A stretch of DNA of 39,214 nt from an uncultured archaeon (GCA_964473825.1 CAYYQL010000023.1:1-39214), one strand, 5' to 3'. Positions 8,010-18,729 are shown, counted from the stretch's first letter. Numbers and translations: made by a program. Notes: generated from the letters alone by a model not told the origin.

Positions 8010-8175
8010 GAGCATTCTCGCAATAGAATGTAGCGACTATTCAGAAGAATTCCCCCATATCCCTACTCGAGTGCGAAGCCTCTATCAGAACAGGAGGTTG
8101 TTACCAGTTTGTTCTGAAAAACGTCGTGAAGGCTGAGATACATTGCAGGCTTATGGGTTGGCCACTATGCTCTCA

Positions 8176-9012
8176 CTAGGAGACAAGATTCTCAAAGACA
8201 TCTGCTGCTGGATGCTCGAGAGCTGGGTCGAACCGCTTGTCATGCCAGCAGAAGTCGCAATATGAATCACCGTCGACCAGAGTCTTGGTCCTTGTCAGAA
8301 CGAAGTTCGGATTAGCCATTACAGCCTGAGGAAAATGGAAATGGCATAGAGTAGCACGGACAAGTTCAGAATCACCATATGCCTGTAGAATTTCCTCGGG
8401 CATACACCTGTCAATCCGACAAGCCAGTCTTCCACTGTCAAGAAGCGTGGAATGGAGTTCAGAGTCACCCGTGTGGGCCTTCTGATGACGCTCGTAGATT
8501 ACTCTCAGACTCTCGGTGGGCGGTGCCACTATTGCACCTAGCTCTTTCGCCACGAATTCCATAAACTGTTTGCTTAAGTCAAGAGCATCCTCTCGGGACA
8601 CAGTATCAGTGAGTGCCGCAAGCATCAAATAGAGGGTGGAAAAACGGGCGCGATTGTAGACACGCCTCGGCAAAGTCGCCATCTCCTTCTTCAATTCTTC
8701 TTCGTGTGTTGCGTAGTTGAGAAGACGAAGAGTATTCCCCTTTATCAATGCCTCAATCCTGGGATATTCACGAAGGTGTTCTCTTTCATACGTGAATTCC
8801 ACGCCTTCCGTATCGACGTCTGCATCCAGTTCTTGCAGGCGGAATACTGCACGCTCAACAACCTGTTCTACACAAGAAGGTCTTTTCTCCTTCAGGAACT
8901 CGAGAAGAAGCTCGGCCAAGATGAGCGGAGTTGAAGTGAAGAAATACGACGGCAGTTGGATTGTGGCGTTTTCGTTATATTTGATATGCGCTATCTCTGT
9001 TTCTATCTTCAT
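8176..9012 (-). CDS. Protein with C-terminal L-2-amino-thiazoline-4-carboxylate (ATC) hydrolase-like domain
   Basis: IDRC...LCH...LTRTKTLVDGDSYCDFCW signature; GAGGT RBS upstream. Confidence 0.7.
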   Translation of the reverse strand: MKIETEIAHIKYNENATIQLPSYFFTSTPLILAELLLEFLKEKRPSCVEQVVERAVFRLQELDADVDTEGVEFTYEREHLREYPRIEALIKGNTLRLLNYATHEEELKKEMATLPRRVYNRARFSTLYLMLAALTDTVSREDALDLSKQFMEFVAKELGAIVAPPTESLRVIYERHQKAHTGDSELHSTLLDSGRLACRIDRCMPEEILQAYGDSELVRATLCHFHFPQAVMANPNFVLTRTKTLVDGDSYCDFCWHDKRFDPALEHPAADVFENLVS

Positions 9013-9040
9013 TGATTACCTCTCTCCTCTCTTTGTGTCT

Positions 9041-9660
9041 CTACGGTATTTCTGTCAGATTTTCCAGCTCCGCTAGGAGATCTTTTGCGAAGTCTATACC
9101 GATATTCCAGAAGGACCTCCTATTGATATCAAATCCCGCAGCCTTGATGATCTCTCTGGGACTTGCTGATCTTCCAGCTTTGAGGATCTTGAGGATTTCT
9201 GGCTTGAAGGAATCGCCCTTCTCCCGATACTTACTGTATAGGGCAAATACGAGTAGCTCGCCGAAGGAGTAGCTGAAGTTGTAGTATCTCCGTTCAGCTG
9301 GCTTGAAGTTGTGGATGATAAAGCCCCACATCCATTCGGAATTGGGAAGCCAGTCTATCGTGTCTCCAAAGACTTCTGCTCTAGACTCCACCCAGAGGTT
9401 CGCTATGGTTTCAGCGTCAAGATATACCCCTGATTCGATTGCATTGTAGGTTCTGGTTTCAAAGATGAAGCGCCACAGTAAGTGGGAGGTAAGCAATCTG
9501 AAATTATCGAGTTGTCTGCACAGTAGCTGGATTCTGAGATTACCAGAAGCGCCATACATGCTCATCGTAATAAGCTCTGGGAGAAGTGATTTCCGCCGAA
9601 GTTTTAAGTCTTGGCCAGTCACACAGACTGAAATTTCACTGATGAGGCTTCCTCCGGTAA
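9041..9660 (-). pseudogene. Oligoendopeptidase F (M3B) C-terminal remnant
   Basis: RFIFE, LW...FGD..DW....W.W..I.H.F...YYNFSYSFGELLVFALY, ILKAG.SASP...GFDI...FW match the PepF C-terminus. Only about 190 of roughly 600 aa are present, there is no HExxH, and a divergent gene starts immediately upstream. Confidence 0.75.
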
Positions 9661-9729
9661 GACATATTAGTGGTTTCCTATTAGTGTCTTAGCAAAGCGT
9701 TCTATGTGAGAGAGGAGGCGCATCAGACG

Positions 9730-10779
9730 ATGGAGTATGTTGTTAAGTCGTTCGACTTCAGGAACGTGGAAGAAGAGGAGCTAGGCATCTACAGACAGAT
9801 AGGCCGGGAAGCATTCGCACAACTCTTTCCTGACGGTCCACAAATGTATGACGCAGCATTCATGGCTAGCATTGAAAGCGGGTTGTCTAATCAAGATATA
9901 ATTGGTTACTACGTTACACCTGCTGGTAGACCTGAAAAACCAGTAGCTCACGCCCGAACCCATTATGTATTGGAACATTCTCCCTCCTATGAGGGTAATG
10001 AGTATGATTGCATGATTGCGGGTCCAATAGTCCTGGAGGAGCATCAAGGTCGGGGGATAGCACGAAAGATGCTAAGTCTAGTCTGTGATCATGCCATTAA
10101 GAGCGGAAGAACCCGGCTTATCGGGGGCATCTTGAACGAGAGAGGCCGAGAGTTTGCTCGGGTGCTCGGGGGTAAAGAGGTGCAGACAGTGCGCATCAAT
10201 CGGTTGGACTTGAAGGGCGTTGATTGGTCCATGGTCGAAGATTGGGCGAAGGAAGGTGCAAGTCGTTCATCAGAGGCAAGGCTTGAGTTCTTCACATCTA
10301 TACCGGACGATATCCTCGAAGAATACTGCAGAGTATGTACGGAAGTAGCTAACCAAGCTCCAAGGGATGAGCGGGAGGCGGGTGATTGGGTAACAACTCC
10401 CGAAGACGAGAGACAGCGCGAAAAAAAACATTCTGATGCGGGCCTAACCAATCTGACAGCCATTATTCGAGAGGAAAACGGCGACATATCAGGATTTACT
10501 GATGTTCTCTATACTCCCTCAAGAGCACCCATTCTGCAGCAGATGTTCACGGGCGTACTGAAGAAATATCGTGGCCAGCGAAGGGGCAAGTGGCTGAAAG
10601 CCGCCATGTTACTCAAGGTGCGAGAGCTATTTCCGGACATTGAAGTGATTGATACTGGGAACGCCTCGTCCAACGCCCCGATGCTGCACATCAATGAGAA
10701 GCTGGGATTCAGATTGCATCGAGAATCCCACGTCTGCCAAGCAGAAGTTTCGGAAGTGAAAGCCAATCTAGAATCCTGA
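9730..10779 (+). CDS. Tandem-domain GNAT family acetyltransferase
   Basis: VLEEHQGRGIA and TGVLKKYRGQRRGKWLKAAML acetyl-CoA motifs; TGNASSNAPMLHINEKLGF. Confidence 0.9.
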   Translation: MEYVVKSFDFRNVEEEELGIYRQIGREAFAQLFPDGPQMYDAAFMASIESGLSNQDIIGYYVTPAGRPEKPVAHARTHYVLEHSPSYEGNEYDCMIAGPIVLEEHQGRGIARKMLSLVCDHAIKSGRTRLIGGILNERGREFARVLGGKEVQTVRINRLDLKGVDWSMVEDWAKEGASRSSEARLEFFTSIPDDILEEYCRVCTEVANQAPRDEREAGDWVTTPEDERQREKKHSDAGLTNLTAIIREENGDISGFTDVLYTPSRAPILQQMFTGVLKKYRGQRRGKWLKAAMLLKVRELFPDIEVIDTGNASSNAPMLHINEKLGFRLHRESHVCQAEVSEVKANLES

Positions 10780-10800
10780 TATGAAATCTACGCCTTCCGT

Positions 10801-11568
10801 CTACAGACTCTGAGAGGGGTCCAGTACCACTACAGACTCAGGATTATGATGCAGAAACTCTTGGGCGTAGGCCTGATTCCTGATTCGTACGACCATCAAA
10901 CCCTCTTCGCCGCTGTCTAGAATGGTGAATGCTTTCATAAGATCATTGGGGCGAAGTAGACGATATGATGTCAACATCAGAATGGTCACTAGAGGCAAGG
11001 GCAGAACCAATGATGGAGGAATCCATATTTGACTTCTGTACACGGATTCTATAAGAACAGAAATGATGAAGAAGATGAATAAGAGAGTGGAGAAGGTATT
11101 GACTACTAGATAGACCCATTTCTTCTGATTCATCTCGTAAGCTGGGTACGCATGGTCTTCACAGGTTGGAATGCGTAGTTCTCGTACTGAGTAGTATCCG
11201 TCCAGAGGCCTTCCTGGTCCTTTGCGATAGAGGAATGCAAACGGAGTCACTTGATCCCATGCCGCGTGATAATGCTTCTTAGCATCGCCGGTTTCGGGGC
11301 CAGATGCCACGATGAAGCCGACTGACGTGGCGGGAGCTTCACACACTGGGCAGAACCTCGGGAACTCTACCGTTTCAGGATTGAAGCGAATCACATAGCC
11401 CTTCTCTTGGCGTCCGATCAAAGTTCGCTTAACCTCAGGGATATTTGGCACAGAAGCATTAATACCTTCGTACGGATTCTCGCAGCTGATACGGAAGAGC
11501 ATGAATACCAGAGGCTGTTGGGCGACAGCTTGGTACCATGTCACGATGCAGTATTGCCTACCAGGCAC
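10801..11568 (-). CDS. Hypothetical membrane protein with Zn-ribbon-like CxxC...CxxH (true start probably later)
   Basis: FPRFCPVC...IPTCEDH followed by two TM helices. Confidence 0.65.
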   Translation of the reverse strand: MPGRQYCIVTWYQAVAQQPLVFMLFRISCENPYEGINASVPNIPEVKRTLIGRQEKGYVIRFNPETVEFPRFCPVCEAPATSVGFIVASGPETGDAKKHYHAAWDQVTPFAFLYRKGPGRPLDGYYSVRELRIPTCEDHAYPAYEMNQKKWVYLVVNTFSTLLFIFFIISVLIESVYRSQIWIPPSLVLPLPLVTILMLTSYRLLRPNDLMKAFTILDSGEEGLMVVRIRNQAYAQEFLHHNPESVVVLDPSQSL

Positions 11569-12022
11569 TTTCGTGGTTGGCGTAGGGAATGAGATACAGA
11601 AAGATGACGGCTAGACCCAGCAAGGTAGGTATCGGCAGAATGAGCGATGAGAATGGGGACGCTTGCATGAGGCTGAGGATGTAGCTCGGTAGGGTCAAGA
11701 TCAGCGGGAGAACCTCGGAAATGATGCCTACAACAAGTGTCTGTCGCCGCGTAACCTTCCCAGAGTAGTACCTGAAAACCCAGTAGACAAGAATAAGTCT
11801 CATGATCCAGAAGGGAGTGAACTCCAGTATCTCCTGCACACTGATCCCCGTAAATCCTGTGTGGTAGAAGGAGTCGATGAACACCCAAAATGGCCATCGA
11901 ATCAAGTGGTTTGCTGAACCCAGGCCAACGGTTTCCTGATACCCATAGGGGAGCAGCACTGTTCCAATCAGCAAGAGCACCGAGCTGATGACTGGCATCG
12001 ACGTGTTCCTACTTGAGGTCAT
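11558..12022 (-). CDS. Hypothetical membrane protein (about 4 TM helices)
   Basis: Hydrophobic segments; likely start is ATG at 12022. Confidence 0.6.
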   Translation of the reverse strand: MTSSRNTSMPVISSVLLLIGTVLLPYGYQETVGLGSANHLIRWPFWVFIDSFYHTGFTGISVQEILEFTPFWIMRLILVYWVFRYYSGKVTRRQTLVVGIISEVLPLILTLPSYILSLMQASPFSSLILPIPTLLGLAVIFLYLIPYANHESAW

Positions 12023-12189
12023 GTTCACAATACCCGTTTCACTATAGCTCTCTTGTCCTGAGATAAGTGTTCTATTCTTAGCAATCCATTGGCCGTAAGA
12101 CATGCTGCATGGCACTGAATTCTGACCTATCGAATCGTCTAATGGCACCTTGCGGAACAATCAAAACTAGGTGCATCAATGTAGAGTCC

Positions 12190-13389
12190 ATGCCAACAGA
12201 ATCATCCAAAGTGTATTTCGGGTCAGTACAGCACGGTAACCGTGCAAGGTTCGCCTCATTCGCAGCGAAGCTGGATGAGGTCATCGAGCGATTGGATTTC
12301 TCCACCGTCGAGAAGAAAGAAAAAGTTGCAATCAAGATGCATCTTGGCTTCAAAGATGGATATCAAACACTCTCTCCATTCTTCGTCAGGCGTGTTGCTG
12401 AAGCCGTCAAGAAACAGGGTGCTTTCCCCTTCGTTACCGACAATCCCACTTCAGTGTACAATGCCGCTCACCGAGGTTACACCCAAGAGACTTGTGGCTG
12501 CCCCCTCATCCCAGTTGCTGGGGTGAAAGACCAATACACATACACTCAGGAGGTTGACTTCCGCGAAGTTGAGAAAATGGAGCTTGCAGGAGCGCTTCAT
12601 GATGCCGATGTGCTCATTGATCTTAGCCATGTTAAGGGCCACAACTCATGCGGCTTCGGCGGGGCAATCAAAAACATAGCTCTGGGTGGTTACTCTGGAC
12701 CTACGAGATGGCGAAAGTATCACGGGGTTCACCAGTCAACCCCCTATTGGGATGCTGACAAGTGCACACCCGAGCACGCGAAGCGCCTGGTGGAGTCTTG
12801 CCCTGATGACTGTATCAGCTACGATGAGGATGAACACAGACTCAAGCTGAGCTTCGATATGTGCAATCAATGTGGAGAGTGTCTTAGAGTTGATGAGGAC
12901 GTTGGCTGCCTTGAACTCAAGCAGGAGTACTTCTCTGCGTTTCAAGAGCTCATGGCCATTGGGGCGAAGCTCATTCTCGATACCTTCGACAAGGACAAAG
13001 TCTTCTTCCTCAACTTCCTAATCGACATCACAGCATATTGTGATTGCTGGGGCATAGGACAGCCACACGTCGTCAACGACATAGGTTTGCTCGGCAGTCA
13101 AGATATCGTCGCCGTTGAGGCTGCATCACTCGACCTGATTGCCAGAGAAGGCCTGATTGAGAGTATGATCCCGCCCTTCATGCGCCCGAATCTAGACGCT
13201 GATCTTGACTTACATCCTTTTGCACGACTGCATGGACCAATGAAGAATCCTTACATCGTACTGGACTATGCCCAAGAACTGGAACTGGGAAGCAAGGACT
13301 ACGAGCTTCTAGAGGTGCTATCTCCCGAGGAGACCATGAAGATGGAAGCACCGAAGGGTGTAAGTGAGACGGAGCCTACTTTCTACTAG
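12190..13389 (+). CDS. DUF362 domain Fe-S protein with ferredoxin-like insert
   Basis: VAIKMHLG, PFVTD, LSHVKGH...GFGGAIKNIALG, CNQCGEC, DIT.YCDC, DIGLLGS.DIVAVEAASLD. Confidence 0.88.
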   Translation: MPTESSKVYFGSVQHGNRARFASFAAKLDEVIERLDFSTVEKKEKVAIKMHLGFKDGYQTLSPFFVRRVAEAVKKQGAFPFVTDNPTSVYNAAHRGYTQETCGCPLIPVAGVKDQYTYTQEVDFREVEKMELAGALHDADVLIDLSHVKGHNSCGFGGAIKNIALGGYSGPTRWRKYHGVHQSTPYWDADKCTPEHAKRLVESCPDDCISYDEDEHRLKLSFDMCNQCGECLRVDEDVGCLELKQEYFSAFQELMAIGAKLILDTFDKDKVFFLNFLIDITAYCDCWGIGQPHVVNDIGLLGSQDIVAVEAASLDLIAREGLIESMIPPFMRPNLDADLDLHPFARLHGPMKNPYIVLDYAQELELGSKDYELLEVLSPEETMKMEAPKGVSETEPTFY

Positions 13390-13414
13390 AGCAACCGAGT
13401 GGATTGTGTAGAAG

Positions 13415-14047
13415 ATGTCGTGGCCCTCCATGGTTAGAGTACTCGGGTTCGGGGACAGTCTGACAGCAGGAACCCCTGGATACGACCCTGAACTCAAAGA
13501 AGGTGACGAGGAGTCTCAGTACTCCTATTGGCTCGAGAAGCGAGCGCTGGCTGAGGCAGATTTGGACCTCCACTTCGAAAATCAGGGTGTTGCCGGAGAA
13601 CTGGCACAAAATATGTTTCCGAGGATAAGGCAGATTCTACAGCGACGAAGTTCTGTGTATGATGTTGCTGTGATTCTTGGGGGATCAAATGATATTGGCT
13701 GGGGTTACTCAATAGATGCAGTAGTGTCGGCCGTAACAGCGCTCTGGGACACTTGTCTGGACGAGGATGTGCCCGTCATCGGATGTACGATTCCACCAAT
13801 CGGACACATCTATGGTGGCATTCAGTCAATGCAGGCAAATATCAACAAGCAACTCGGTACGGCAATGGCCGACCGCGAGAAGGCAGTCTTGGTTGATATA
13901 TTCAATGCTCTCAGTGATGAAGGGAGGCTTCTCAATTCTGAATATGACTCCGGAGATGGCTTACACTTGAGTGTTGCTGGATATAGGAGGATGGGCGAAG
14001 CAATCTGGAGTCAGGGAATGAAGAAGATTAGACCGAACCTCTCTTAG
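13415..14047 (+). CDS. SGNH/GDSL hydrolase
   Basis: FGDSLTAG, NQGVAG, LGGSND, DGLHLS blocks. Confidence 0.92.
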   Translation: MSWPSMVRVLGFGDSLTAGTPGYDPELKEGDEESQYSYWLEKRALAEADLDLHFENQGVAGELAQNMFPRIRQILQRRSSVYDVAVILGGSNDIGWGYSIDAVVSAVTALWDTCLDEDVPVIGCTIPPIGHIYGGIQSMQANINKQLGTAMADREKAVLVDIFNALSDEGRLLNSEYDSGDGLHLSVAGYRRMGEAIWSQGMKKIRPNLS

Positions 14048-14121
14048 ACCCTGGTTGCACCGATTAGGTTCAGAAACTCTTTAGGGAGTGGCCCTGCAAT
14101 ACAACGACAGAAAAGGGTTAA

Positions 14122-15015
14122 GTGCCAGCCAGCAATGAGAGTACTACCTCGGAGGTAAAGACTCTGCCTAAGACTTCAAAGACTTCGAACAGAGGCAGAC
14201 TAGAGTTCGTGCGGAGTATGTGTGAGACTATCCGCCGTGGAGACATGAGTGCCGTCAGGGAGTCTCTGAAGGGATTCTGGGACGATAAAGAGACGAATCC
14301 ATGGGATAGAGTCTATACAGATATCGAGAAGTATTGGGCCAAGGAACATCCAGACGAAGAACTCGCAGAAACCCTCTTGCTGCTCAGGGATGGTGTGTTC
14401 GCTTCGCTTGATATACAATCACTCACTCTCCCCAGCAAGATAGCAACTTCCGATCTCCTGGAGATGGTTCTGTCAGAAGAGACCTGGAAATCAGGTCGAA
14501 GGGCTGCTCGGAACCACTGCGTCGGTCTCCTTGTCAAACAGATCAGCAATGGACATCTGAATCACATCGAAGATATAGGACTCGAACTCGACGGGTTTGG
14601 ATATCTCCTAGACGAGCTTCGCGAGGCGCGTCTGGATAAATACCGTGAAGCAGAACCTGATATCAAGCGTAAGTATGCGTACTTGGAGCCCCTCAGGAAA
14701 TCGAGAGAAGGTCGGAGACTCCTGCGGAATCTATCGATAACAGAGGATCGCCTTGCGAAGGACGACCCCCGTTTCGAGGAGCTGATGGAGGCATATGAAC
14801 TTGCACTCGTAGACATGGAAGTCGATCTGAGTTCGTCCGAGGCCTTCCCTGACTCAACCCGCCAAGTGACTCTGAATGGAGAAACAATCGAGGGACATAC
14901 TGCTGAAGAACGCAGAAAGATGAAGAAGAAGAGAGGAGCCAAGGGTGAACAAGAGGCTCTCACGGAGTTCATCAATGAGTCAGGATCAACTCATGCAGGA
15001 GGGGACAAGAATTGA
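14122..15015 (+). CDS. Hypothetical helical protein
   Basis: 297 aa ORF with a 4-bp overlap into the next gene; TATA-like CTTTA upstream. Confidence 0.7.
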   Translation: MPASNESTTSEVKTLPKTSKTSNRGRLEFVRSMCETIRRGDMSAVRESLKGFWDDKETNPWDRVYTDIEKYWAKEHPDEELAETLLLLRDGVFASLDIQSLTLPSKIATSDLLEMVLSEETWKSGRRAARNHCVGLLVKQISNGHLNHIEDIGLELDGFGYLLDELREARLDKYREAEPDIKRKYAYLEPLRKSREGRRLLRNLSITEDRLAKDDPRFEELMEAYELALVDMEVDLSSSEAFPDSTRQVTLNGETIEGHTAEERRKMKKKRGAKGEQEALTEFINESGSTHAGGDKN

Positions 15016-16475
15016 AGGCTCTTCGAAATATCGAGTCGGCGAAGGTCGACGAGATGCGAAGAATCTCTTATTCATTGGAGTCCGAAGACCTAGAAACTAT
15101 GTATGCAGCAGCGGGGGAGATGATCACCATTCCAAATGGCTTTTCGTTGATTCCTAAGGCGCTTGCCCTGACTTCCTCAGATGATATGACCATCTGCAAG
15201 CTTGCATACAGGACCTTAGGCCAGAACGTCTACGGGAAGTACGTGAAGGAGCTCTTCGAGAGGCTGACAAATATCAATCCTGCAGAGCGCGAGCAGGTGC
15301 TTCAGGTCATCGAGGAACGTTTCAAGACAACTGGCAGTCCTGACATGTCCTCAGAACAGGACTACTGGATTGACGCTTTGGCTGAACTCGGACGTGAGCA
15401 CCAGCCCACTGTATTTGGAATTCTGTCCACTCTTGGTCGAAAAGGAGCTAACTATGTCAAGAAGATTATCTCGGATAGCATAACTTCTGTTTCTCTTGGT
15501 TCCATCCAAAAGATCAGCGACTTTCCGCATCGAACACGAAATCGATTCATCAAGCTACTGGTCAGGAAGTCGATCGAGAAGAAGAGCGAGCTCTTGCCAT
15601 ACATTCTTGAAACAATAGACGACAAGGCAATCAAGTACGCCAGTCCGTATCTCCAGTCTAATAGATGGCAAGAACGGGTTCAGGTTGCCACTCGTGTCGG
15701 GCACATAGGGATATCCCGTGCCAGTGGGATAGTTATGGAAGTGGTGGCTGATGAGGATTGGCGCGTCAAACAAGCTCTTCTTGAAAACATCGCAGTTGAG
15801 AAATCCAAGCTTACTTCTATTCTGAAGATATTGGAGTACATGGTGAAGGATTCTCATGCACGCGTAAGGGGGGCAGCTGATAGACTCGTTTTGCAACTTG
15901 GAACAAGAGAATGCATGGGTTCCAACTTAGAAAACCAACGCAAGCGGATTCAGAAGCGATTTCGAAAACAACTTCTGAGAGCAGCCCCGGTGAACAAAGA
16001 TGTAGATTCCGAGTGGCTTGGAGTTGATGTTGAGGCAGAAGACCCGATTCCTTACATGGACGAGGCCGATGCAGAAGATGAAACGCATCCTCAGGGAATG
16101 TCTCTATCAGACCTTGCGGAAGAGCCTGTGAAGGACAAGGCGGCAGAAGAAGCCCGCAAGAGCCTATTGGGTGCTCTGATGTCAGCACAGAAGAAAACAA
16201 AGAATGAGAAATCTGAACTCCCCCAGATAGCTTCAGTGGATGATTTCGACATAGATGATTCTACCCTAGAACCGGAGGAGCGCTTCTTGATGGCTTTGAA
16301 ATCTCTTCATCACCAAGAAGGCAAGAACGTCACTATCGAGCTTTTGAGAGCTGAACTGGCAGGTCATGGGATGAATGAAAATGATTTCAACGCGACGCTT
16401 GAAAAGCTTGAGAGGAGTGGAATAGTGTATCGTTCAGGTGAGGGGACGGTCAGCTACGTGGACCTCGAGCTTTGA
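15012..16475 (+). CDS. HEAT-repeat protein with acidic linker and C-terminal winged-helix-like domain
   Basis: NRWQERVQVA, DEDWRVKQAL, KDSHARVRGAA repeats; C-terminal ...DFNATLEKLERSGIVYRSGEGTVSYV. Confidence 0.75.
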   Translation: MKALRNIESAKVDEMRRISYSLESEDLETMYAAAGEMITIPNGFSLIPKALALTSSDDMTICKLAYRTLGQNVYGKYVKELFERLTNINPAEREQVLQVIEERFKTTGSPDMSSEQDYWIDALAELGREHQPTVFGILSTLGRKGANYVKKIISDSITSVSLGSIQKISDFPHRTRNRFIKLLVRKSIEKKSELLPYILETIDDKAIKYASPYLQSNRWQERVQVATRVGHIGISRASGIVMEVVADEDWRVKQALLENIAVEKSKLTSILKILEYMVKDSHARVRGAADRLVLQLGTRECMGSNLENQRKRIQKRFRKQLLRAAPVNKDVDSEWLGVDVEAEDPIPYMDEADAEDETHPQGMSLSDLAEEPVKDKAAEEARKSLLGALMSAQKKTKNEKSELPQIASVDDFDIDDSTLEPEERFLMALKSLHHQEGKNVTIELLRAELAGHGMNENDFNATLEKLERSGIVYRSGEGTVSYVDLEL

Positions 16476-16500
16476 GCAAGACTAATCTGCGACTCAATAC

Positions 16501-17856
16501 ATGTTGCCACGACAGGTGAGCGAATTGGACGAGGTCAAAGCGATAGAGAATGGTCTTATCGTCACAATGGATGATCAAAACACTATCATTGAGAGGGGAT
16601 ATGTCCTCATCAAGGACAACCGAATTGCCGAAGTGAGTGCGGGCGACTGTGAAACAGATGTTGACACGCGGGTTGATGGATCCGGTTGTGTAGTCATGCC
16701 AGGCTTTGTGACGGCTCATACACATCTCTACGGTATTCTATTACGAGGAGCTTCTCTGGATATTACCCCTCCCAGTGATTTTGCACAGGTGCTTCAACGA
16801 GTCTGGTGGCCCCTAGACGAGGCCCTGACTCTTGATGATGCTTATGCGAGCGGGTTGTCCGCCTCTGCAGAGTTACTCAAGAACGGTTCTACTTTCCTTG
16901 CTGACACATATTCAGGCCCGAACTCGATTGATGGAAGTTTGGATCGCATCGCAGATGCAACCAACCGTGTGGGAATCCGTGCACTCTTAGCCTTCGAGAT
17001 GACTGAGCGACACACTGAGGAGGAGGCTGAGAGAGGTCTCGAGGAGAATCTCCGTTTCGCAGAACAGTGTGAGAGCTGTCAGAATCTTGCCTCGCTGATG
17101 GTGAGCATTCATGCGTCATTTACTGTTTCTGATTCCCTCATAGAGAAATCTTCAGAGAAAGCTAAGGCCATGGGTGTACCCCTGACAATCCACACCTCCG
17201 AAGGTGCAGTCGACTTGTACCATAATCTTGAGCGCTATGGGGAACGGACAGTGGAACGCCTTGATCGGCTCGGGGCTCTGGGCCCAAGCACAGTTCTCGC
17301 TCACTGTGTCCATGTTGATGACAATGAGCTGGACCTTATAGCTAAGACCGGCTCGTCTGTGGCCCACAATCCCATGAGCAATATGCTCAACGCGGTTGGA
17401 ACTGCCCCTGTGCCCGAGATGCTTTCTAAGGGCATAGTCGTTGGACTAGGTAACGATGGATGGATATTCGACCCTTTCGAGAACATGAGGTGTGCCTATA
17501 CCGTTCACAGACTCTCGCACAAGAATCCAAGCATCATATCCCCACTGGCAGTTGTAAGGATGGCAACAATTGAAGGCGCACGGTGTTATGGGCTCGATAC
17601 TGAGATAGGGAGCATAGAAACAGGCAAGGTTGCCGACCTGGTGATCATCGACGGATTGCGAGCACCGACACCACTCACCCCCGAATCAGTCATTGGTCAT
17701 ATCCTCAACACTTTGTCAGGGAGAGATGTGCGCGACACAATCGTTGACGGCGAAATTGTCGTGCGAAATGGAAAACTCACAAGGGTCAATGAATTGGAGG
17801 TCGTTCGGATGTCCAAGAAGTCTGCCAGAGACCTTTGGTCTAGGATGAATGCCTAG
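16501..17856 (+). CDS. Amidohydrolase, SsnA / MTA-SAH deaminase-like
   Basis: MPGFVTAHTH, HASFT, IHTSEG, LAHCVH, HNP.SNM, GLGNDG, GSIETGKVADL. Confidence 0.9.
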   Translation: MLPRQVSELDEVKAIENGLIVTMDDQNTIIERGYVLIKDNRIAEVSAGDCETDVDTRVDGSGCVVMPGFVTAHTHLYGILLRGASLDITPPSDFAQVLQRVWWPLDEALTLDDAYASGLSASAELLKNGSTFLADTYSGPNSIDGSLDRIADATNRVGIRALLAFEMTERHTEEEAERGLEENLRFAEQCESCQNLASLMVSIHASFTVSDSLIEKSSEKAKAMGVPLTIHTSEGAVDLYHNLERYGERTVERLDRLGALGPSTVLAHCVHVDDNELDLIAKTGSSVAHNPMSNMLNAVGTAPVPEMLSKGIVVGLGNDGWIFDPFENMRCAYTVHRLSHKNPSIISPLAVVRMATIEGARCYGLDTEIGSIETGKVADLVIIDGLRAPTPLTPESVIGHILNTLSGRDVRDTIVDGEIVVRNGKLTRVNELEVVRMSKKSARDLWSRMNA

Positions 17857-17946
17857 GCGTTGCTGATTATCTCCTTGAAGGACCGTTCAGAAACTGTGCC
17901 AGGTCGTTTCTATCCAGAACTTCTGAGAGCGAGCCGTTTCCTTAGG

Positions 17947-17973
17947 ATAAAAAGAAGAAGAGAGGCAGAGAGA
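17947..17973 (-). terminator. Pyrimidine/T-rich terminator tract for the 18052-18729 gene
   Basis: Minus strand reads CTCTCTGCCTCTCTTCTTCTTTTTAT between convergent genes. Confidence 0.45.
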
Positions 17974-18051
17974 ACGTGAAGCGATTGTTTCCCATGCCTC
18001 GTTTCGAACCATGCTATGGCCGGCTTTGAGTATCTCTTTCAGACTCGTACT

Positions 18052-18729
18052 CTATTTTTTCTTGCAGACAACTAAACCGAGTATCACTATCACGGCTATG
18101 CCGCCGCCAATTATCAGGATGTTGTCTTGAAGCAACACCATGATTTCAGATGGGAGGCCATCTCGGATAACGGATAGGTCTGCTACTGTGTGTGTCTGAT
18201 TGGCTATTGACACTATGTACTTGGCAAGAAAGCCATCTTCCTTGAGGTAGGACGTCGTCACAGTACCTGTCTGATTCAAGTATTCATACTCGGCCACAAC
18301 TTCCCAGTATGCTGAGTTCTCGCTTACGGTGAGATTCTCGTACGTGTCCAACAGAAGCTCGGTGAGAAGCGTGAAGTTTCCGATGGGGACTGCAATCTTC
18401 CCGCCAGTAGCACCAATGAATAAGAAAATCAAGGCACTGAATCCCATTGAGGTTCCATTCGTCCACGCAAGGTCGATATCGATGTCAGGCATATCAGCCC
18501 AGTCAGTCAACACGTTTGGTATAGTGTCTCTACTTTCGACTTCCATGTAGATGCCTTCGTTGACATCCTCATCTTCACTATCGATTTCAGAGATGCTCAT
18601 CTGAAAGTTGAACTGGTCTCCAACACTTATACCCCATTCAAGACCTTGGGAAGTGGCCGCAGTCACAGGCGTGATTAGGAAGATTCCAGCTATAGATAGT
18701 GCGAGTATAATGCTTAGCGTGCGTTTCAT
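18052..18729 (-). CDS. Secreted, C-terminally anchored cell-surface (glyco)protein
   Basis: Signal peptide MKRTLSIILALSIAGIFLITPVTA, many N-x-S/T sequons, C-terminal TM helix followed by KKK. Confidence 0.8.
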   Translation of the reverse strand: MKRTLSIILALSIAGIFLITPVTAATSQGLEWGISVGDQFNFQMSISEIDSEDEDVNEGIYMEVESRDTIPNVLTDWADMPDIDIDLAWTNGTSMGFSALIFLFIGATGGKIAVPIGNFTLLTELLLDTYENLTVSENSAYWEVVAEYEYLNQTGTVTTSYLKEDGFLAKYIVSIANQTHTVADLSVIRDGLPSEIMVLLQDNILIIGGGIAVIVILGLVVCKKK

